Source: Candidatus Methylomirabilota bacterium
GTDB taxonomy: Bacteria > Methylomirabilota > Methylomirabilia > Rokubacteriales > CSP1-6
Length of the DNA stretch: 50,530 nt
Reading direction: 5' to 3'
Assembly: GCA_035649755.1 (NCBI GenBank)
Contig: DASRIY010000474.1
Span: 1-50,530 of the forward strand
The notes beneath the pieces are model-generated. The model saw only the letters and a list, made by a program, of their open reading frames with translations, was not told the origin of the DNA and searched no databases. Of the stretch, positions 45,887-50,530 are shown in pieces; the stretch's first letter is position 1, and each line of letters begins with the position of its first letter. Made by a program: the position numbers and the translations under genes.

Positions 45887-46951
45887 CTACCCTCTTTCGT
45901 TGAGCAGCATGGCCTTCAGGCCCTTCACGCGCTCGAGCCGATGCTCGCGCCGGACGAGCGCGGCCTCCCACCGGCGCCGCGCCGCCGCAGTGCCGGGCGT
46001 GTACGGCGGACAGGGCCGCGGGCGCAGGTCGGGTCCGAGATGCACGTAAGTCAGAAACGCGGTGCAGGCATGCCGGACCTCGCCCGTCCACGGTACCTCG
46101 GCCAGCACCTTCACGCCGACCTCGAGCGACGAGGTGCCGGCGTGGTTCAGGCCCGCCTTGAACGTGACGACCTCGTGCGTGAAGATCGGCGTGTAGAAGT
46201 CCATCGCGTCCACGCACGCCGTCATCACGAGCCCCTTGCAGTATCGCATCGAAAGGATCCCGCCCGCCTCGTCGAGCGCCATGAGCATCTTGCCGACGAA
46301 CATGGTGTTGCCGAACAGCGCATCCTCCGGAAGCACGCTTCGCGTGGACTCGAACCGCCAGCCGACGTCCACGTCGCTCGGGTCCTGGTCCTCAATCCAT
46401 CGGCGCGCCTCGGCCGGCGGGGCCCCAGCCCCGCGACGGCCTTCAGCGCGCCCATCCGCGTCGGCACTCTCCGGCAGACGCGCCGCCCGCGCGGCGAAGC
46501 GAGCCAGCCGCTGCTGGCGGCGCGCTCGCGCCGCCTCGACCAGCGCCGCCTCAGCGGCGCCCCGGGGCTCGATGCTCACGCCCACCGGCCGCGGCTTGAT
46601 GTCCTCGCCGACCTTCACGAAGACCAGGTGCGAGTTCAGAGTCACCCGGCGCTCGCCCGTCAGCACGTCCTCCGCGAAGACCCGAACTCCCACCTCGAGC
46701 GAGCTCGTGCCCACGTCCTCGACCTGGGCTCTCAGGATCGCGATCTGGCCCACCTTCACCGGGTGGAGGAAGTCGATGTCGTCCATCGCCCCGAGGACGA
46801 CCGTGCCGCGCGCGACCCGAGAGGCGGCGAGCGTGCCAGCCTTGGTGATCCACTCCATCATCCGGCCGCCGTGAATCTGTCCCGGCCCGCCGGCGTGCTC
46901 CGGGAAGACCCATTCGATCATCTCGACGGTGGTCTCGGTGATCGACGGCAT
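45887..46951 (-). CDS. Double hot-dog acyl-CoA thioesterase
   Basis: Two repeats (GQIHGGRMM...GTSSLEVGV and NTMFVGKML...GTSSLEVGV) joined by a low-complexity linker. Confidence 0.85.
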   Translation of the reverse strand: MPSITETTVEMIEWVFPEHAGGPGQIHGGRMMEWITKAGTLAASRVARGTVVLGAMDDIDFLHPVKVGQIAILRAQVEDVGTSSLEVGVRVFAEDVLTGERRVTLNSHLVFVKVGEDIKPRPVGVSIEPRGAAEAALVEAARARRQQRLARFAARAARLPESADADGRAEGRRGAGAPPAEARRWIEDQDPSDVDVGWRFESTRSVLPEDALFGNTMFVGKMLMALDEAGGILSMRYCKGLVMTACVDAMDFYTPIFTHEVVTFKAGLNHAGTSSLEVGVKVLAEVPWTGEVRHACTAFLTYVHLGPDLRPRPCPPYTPGTAAARRRWEAALVRREHRLERVKGLKAMLLNERG

Positions 46952-46959
46952 CGGTTAGG

Positions 46960-46968
46960 ACTTTAGCA
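46960..46968 (-). promoter_or_regulatory. Extended -10 promoter, probable leaderless or near-leaderless transcript
   Basis: TG-C-TAAAGT 8 nt before ATG 46951, with no SD. Confidence 0.45.
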
Positions 46969-46994
46969 CTGTGGCGGAGGAGTGCCCGATCCGA

Positions 46995-48608
46995 TCAAGG
47001 CGTTGCGCCCGGGGCGGGGGCGCTCTGCGTCGGCAAATCGAGGTTCACCCCATCGAGCCGGTGAATGCCAGTGGGATGCAAGCGGAAGCCCTTCACCTCG
47101 GGGCGCGTCACGGCCCACTGCAGGCGCACGTAGAGCGGAAGCCACGGAAGGTCCTCGGCCAGCATCGCCTGCCCGCGCTGATAGAGCCGCTGGCGCTCCG
47201 TGCGGAACGTGAGCTGGCTCGCGCGGGCCAGAACGTCGTCCAGGCGCGGATTCCGGTAAAAGGAAAAATTCAGCGCGCGCGGCCCCTTGGTGGCCCCCTC
47301 GCTCGTCGAGAGGGGATACAGCAGGAGATGCGGATCACCACCGACGACGGTGGCCTCGGTCAGGGCGAAATCGAACGCGCCCGCCTGCAGAAGCGTACGC
47401 ACGCCCGGCTCGGGCTCGGCCTGCACGTTCAGGAACAGGTCGTCGGAGCCCAGGAGAATCTGGATCGCCTCGGCAAGCTTCGGAAGGTTGAGGGGCGCGG
47501 TTTCCGAGGCGACCAGAAGCGACGGCCTGGCCTCCTTCGGCCAGCGTCCCTCGCTGAGCAGCGCCTTCACCGTCGAGCGGCTCCCGCCAAGGATCGGGGA
47601 GCCCTCACGCCGTGCCCAGACGCCCGGCGGCAGGAACGACTGAAGGGGGACGGCCGCTTTGTTCAGTGTCACGGTGAGAACGGCCGGATCGAGCGCCGCC
47701 GCGATGGCCTTGCGAAGGGACTTCCTGGAGAATGGGTCCTTCTCGGTCTGGAATGCGAGGTATCCGATGCGAAGCCCGGGAGCCGACACCGCCCACTGGC
47801 TGCGACGCGGCGGAGTCGTGGGTAGCCAGATGTCCAGAGATCGCGCGTCGAGCTCGGATTCGGCTTGGTCATCAGCGCTCACGTCCAGGAACACGATGCG
47901 CTCGGCTCTCGGCGCACCACCCCAGTAGCCGGGCGCGGCCTCGAGTGCCAGACGGCCGATCGAGGCGTCCACGATGCGGTAGGGACCGGAACCGATGAAG
48001 CGGCCGCTTCCGTCGGCGGCCGTCGAGTACTTGGCCACCGCGAGAGCAGGGTGGGCCAGCACGGTCAGCAAGGCCGCGTAAGGCTGGATGAGAACGAACT
48101 CGACCGTACGGGTGTTTGGTGCGCGGACTTCCTTGACGACGCCCGGGATGCCACGCAACAGGGCGGACCATGCACGTCCTGCGGCGGGCGCTTCCGGACG
48201 AAGCTGGCGCTCGTAGCTGACGGCCACGTCGAGCGCGGTGAGCGGGCTCCCGTCGTGGAATCTGACGCCCTCGCGCAGCGTGAACGACCATACGAGCCCG
48301 TCCCTGGACGCGGCCCAGCGCGTGGCCAGCGCCGGCTCGATGTCGGTGGTGCCTTCTCGCCAGGCGACCAGAGTGTCGAAGACCTGACGCGCGATGATGG
48401 CATTGATCCCGTCGAGCGCCGCGCCCGGATCGACCACGGCGGGCACATTGGGCGCGCCGATGCGGAGCTCACGGCGAACCGGAGCGGTCGGCGCTGTCGG
48501 CACCTGGGCGAACGAGGTCACGGGCGCCCGCGCAACCACGATCGTCACCAGGATCGTCACCAGGAGAGCCAGAACGGCAGCGACACGTCGAAACGCCGGC
48601 GGGGACAT
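46995..48608 (-). CDS. ABC transporter substrate-binding protein, family 5 (DppA-like)
   Basis: ATG 48608 with signal peptide. IEPALATRW, FTLREGVRFHDGSPLTA and GSGPY; no adjacent permease. Confidence 0.87.
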   Translation of the reverse strand: MSPPAFRRVAAVLALLVTILVTIVVARAPVTSFAQVPTAPTAPVRRELRIGAPNVPAVVDPGAALDGINAIIARQVFDTLVAWREGTTDIEPALATRWAASRDGLVWSFTLREGVRFHDGSPLTALDVAVSYERQLRPEAPAAGRAWSALLRGIPGVVKEVRAPNTRTVEFVLIQPYAALLTVLAHPALAVAKYSTAADGSGRFIGSGPYRIVDASIGRLALEAAPGYWGGAPRAERIVFLDVSADDQAESELDARSLDIWLPTTPPRRSQWAVSAPGLRIGYLAFQTEKDPFSRKSLRKAIAAALDPAVLTVTLNKAAVPLQSFLPPGVWARREGSPILGGSRSTVKALLSEGRWPKEARPSLLVASETAPLNLPKLAEAIQILLGSDDLFLNVQAEPEPGVRTLLQAGAFDFALTEATVVGGDPHLLLYPLSTSEGATKGPRALNFSFYRNPRLDDVLARASQLTFRTERQRLYQRGQAMLAEDLPWLPLYVRLQWAVTRPEVKGFRLHPTGIHRLDGVNLDLPTQSAPAPGATP

Positions 48609-48805
48609 CGGGAACTTTATACGTGGAACCCACTGATCACGCCACTCGTTTCGACGACAGAAGAGGCGCTCCGCCGGGTACAGAACTTGCTCACGATTTG
48701 AAGCGGAGGCGACGGCCGGCTCGCAGCGACGAGTGGCAAGTCGGCGGGTTGGGGAAAAACACAAAAAATTCAGTATGTCAACCGACGGTAAGTTACCTGC
48801 CAACC

Positions 48806-48835
48806 TTGACTTTCTTTTTTACCGCCGCCTATACT
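48806..48835 (+). promoter_or_regulatory. Sigma-70 promoter of arc
   Basis: TTGACT (48806-48811) - 18 nt - TATACT (48830-48835). Confidence 0.6.
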
Positions 48836-48900
48836 TCGAGCACACGATAAATGCTTGTGCTTAAGCGGCGCACAAGGGGTCAAGTGAGAAGGGATGGTCT

Positions 48901-50530
48901 ATGAAGGAGTTCGACAAGAAGAGTAGCCCCAGTAGAGAGGGCTTCTCGAAGTTCCTTCCCGCGTCTATGTCTGATTCGAGCACGCGCCGCCGTCTCACGG
49001 AGTACGAAATCCAGGTTCAGGACCTCCAGGCCTACATCCGGTCGCTCGAGGCGGAGACCGTCCACCTCCGGAAAAAGCTGGAGGACACGCCGAAGGATTT
49101 CATGGTCCTCGAGAACAAGCTCCGTGAAGCGAACCGGCAGCTCGTTCAGGCGTTCAATCAGAACGAGAAGCTCGTAAATGCGCTGTACGAAGCGCGCGAG
49201 CAGATCACCGCGCTCAAGGAAGAGGTCGATAAGCTCTGCGCCCCGCCCTCGACCTACGGCGTCTACCTCGCCGCCAACGAGGACAATACCGTCACCATCC
49301 TGTCCCAGGGCCGCAAGGTGAAGGTCAACCTGCACCCCTCCATCAAGGCCGACACCCTCAAGCCCGGCCAGGAGCTCATCCTCAACGAGGGCCTCAACGT
49401 CATCGAGGCCGCTGCCTATGAGATCCAGGGCGAGGTCGTCATCCTCAAGGAGCAGCTCGATGCCGAGCGCGCCCTCGTCACCCTGCGCGCCGACGAGGAA
49501 AAAGTCGGCATCATCGCCGAACCCCTGCGCACCCTGCGCCTCAAGACCGGCGATCACCTCCTCCTCGACGCCAAGAGCGGCTATCTCCTCGAGAAGCTCC
49601 CCAAGAGCGAGGTCGAGGATCTCACGCTCGAGGAAGTCCCCGATATCGGCTACGACTCCATCGGCGGCCTCGGCGATCAGATCGAGGCCATCAAGGACGC
49701 CGTCGAGCTGCCCTACCTCTATGCCGACTACTACAAGGAGCACAAGCTCACCCCGCCCAAGGGCGTGCTCCTCTACGGCCCTCCCGGCTGCGGCAAGACC
49801 ATGATCGCCAAGGCCGTCGCCAACAACCTCGCCGAGAAGATCTCCGAAAAGCGCGGCGAGAAGATCAAGGGCTTCTTCCTCAACATCAAGGGCCCCGAGC
49901 TCCTCAACAAGTACGTCGGAGAAACCGAGCGAAAGATTCGAGAGATTTTCATCAAGGCCAAAGAGAAAGCCGCCGAGGACGTCCCGGTCATCGTCTTCTT
50001 CGACGAGATGGACGCCCTCTTCCGCACCCGCGGCACCGGTATCTCCTCCGACGTCGAGACCACCATCGTGCCCCAGCTCCTCGCCGAGATCGACGGCGTC
50101 GAGGGCCTCAAGAACGTCATCGTCATCGGCGCCTCCAATCGCCAGGACCTCATCGACCCGGCCATCCTCCGGCCGGGCCGCCTCGACGTGAAGATCAAGA
50201 TCGAGCGCCCCGACCGCGGCTCGGCCGCCGACATCTTCGCCAAGTACCTCACCGCCGACATCCCCTTCGCCGAGTCCGAGACGCGGGGCACCGACGTGCC
50301 CAGCGCGATCACCTCCATGATCGCCACCACCGTCGAGGCCATGTACGCGCTCTCCGAGGAAAACCGCTTCCTCGAGGTCACCTACGCCAACGGCGACAAG
50401 GAAGTCCTCTACTTCAAGGACTTCTCCTCCGGCGCCATGATCGAGTCCGTCGTCCGCCGCGCCAAGAAGCTCGCCCTCAAGCGCTACATCGGCGGCGGCC
50501 AGAAGGGCATCATGGTCGACGACCTCCTCA
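48901..50530 (+). CDS. arc: Proteasome-associated AAA ATPase ARC/Mpa (3' end runs off the window)
   Basis: Not in ORF track. N-terminal coiled coil ending [18 protein letters not shown] region, [37 protein letters not shown] and [20 protein letters not shown]. Confidence 0.93.
   Translation, partial: MKEFDKKSSPSREGFSKFLPASMSDSSTRRRLTEYEIQVQDLQAYIRSLEAETVHLRKKLEDTPKDFMVLENKLREANRQLVQAFNQNEKLVNALYEAREQITALKEEVDKLCAPPSTYGVYLAANEDNTVTILSQGRKVKVNLHPSIKADTLKPGQELILNEGLNVIEAAAYEIQGEVVILKEQLDAERALVTLRADEEKVGIIAEPLRTLRLKTGDHLLLDAKSGYLLEKLPKSEVEDLTLEEVPDIGYDSIGGLGDQIEAIKDAVELPYLYADYYKEHKLTPPKGVLLYGPPGCGKTMIAKAVANNLAEKISEKRGEKIKGFFLNIKGPELLNKYVGETERKIREIFIKAKEKAAEDVPVIVFFDEMDALFRTRGTGISSDVETTIVPQLLAEIDGVEGLKNVIVIGASNRQDLIDPAILRPGRLDVKIKIERPDRGSAADIFAKYLTADIPFAESETRGTDVPSAITSMIATTVEAMYALSEENRFLEVTYANGDKEVLYFKDFSSGAMIESVVRRAKKLALKRYIGGGQKGIMVDDLL

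Noticed and set aside
46963-46988. CIRCE-like TTAGCACTG-N8-GAGTGCCCG
   Set aside because: The spacer is 8 rather than 9, the right arm is degenerate and no chaperone gene is adjacent. An extended -10 on the minus strand explains it better.
48609-48800. Possible ncRNA or riboswitch in the long intergenic region
   Set aside because: No recognisable family motif or convincing extended structure by eye.
49200-50530. Strong C-ending codon bias in arc suggesting foreign origin
   Set aside because: Other plus-strand genes also look C3-rich. Strand or expression bias is a simpler explanation, and I did not quantify it.
1-50530. CRISPR arrays, tRNA/rRNA, IS or prophage elements
   Set aside because: No spaced repeats, tRNA signatures, transposase or integrase seen.

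Overview
GC-rich (~70% by eye) bacterial chromosomal window with no rRNA, tRNA, CRISPR or mobile element. Gene content suggests a Candidatus Rokubacteria/Methylomirabilota-like organism (inference only). Left half is aromatic catabolism. (i) A tightly coupled minus-strand operon hcrC-hcrA-hcrB-like (Mo/FAD/FeS) - XRE/cupin regulator - boxC - boxB - benzoate-CoA ligase - PaaK-like ligase. It has no boxA, and the Mo subunit carries Gln at the catalytic Glu position. (ii) An NtrC-type activator, a sigma-54 promoter and a single-domain receiver. (iii) A second operon: coxG - PaaK-like - Zn-ADH - HmfD-like ligase - HmfE-like crotonase - LLM oxidoreductase - UbiD - enolase-superfamily enzyme - GNAT. 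Right half is mostly housekeeping: aminotransferase, coaD, rsmD, recG, rpmB, rel, secDF-yajC, tgt, queA, csaA, spoIID-like, ruvCAB, yebC, a thioesterase, an orphan ABC binding protein and a proteasome ATPase (arc) that runs off the end. Between rel and rpmB is an orphan AbiEi-like regulator with a palindromic operator, followed by two tandem poly-lysine micro-ORFs (12 and 10 aa) with strong Shine-Dalgarno sequences that the ORF track misses. All family assignments are from motif recognition by eye, not database searches.
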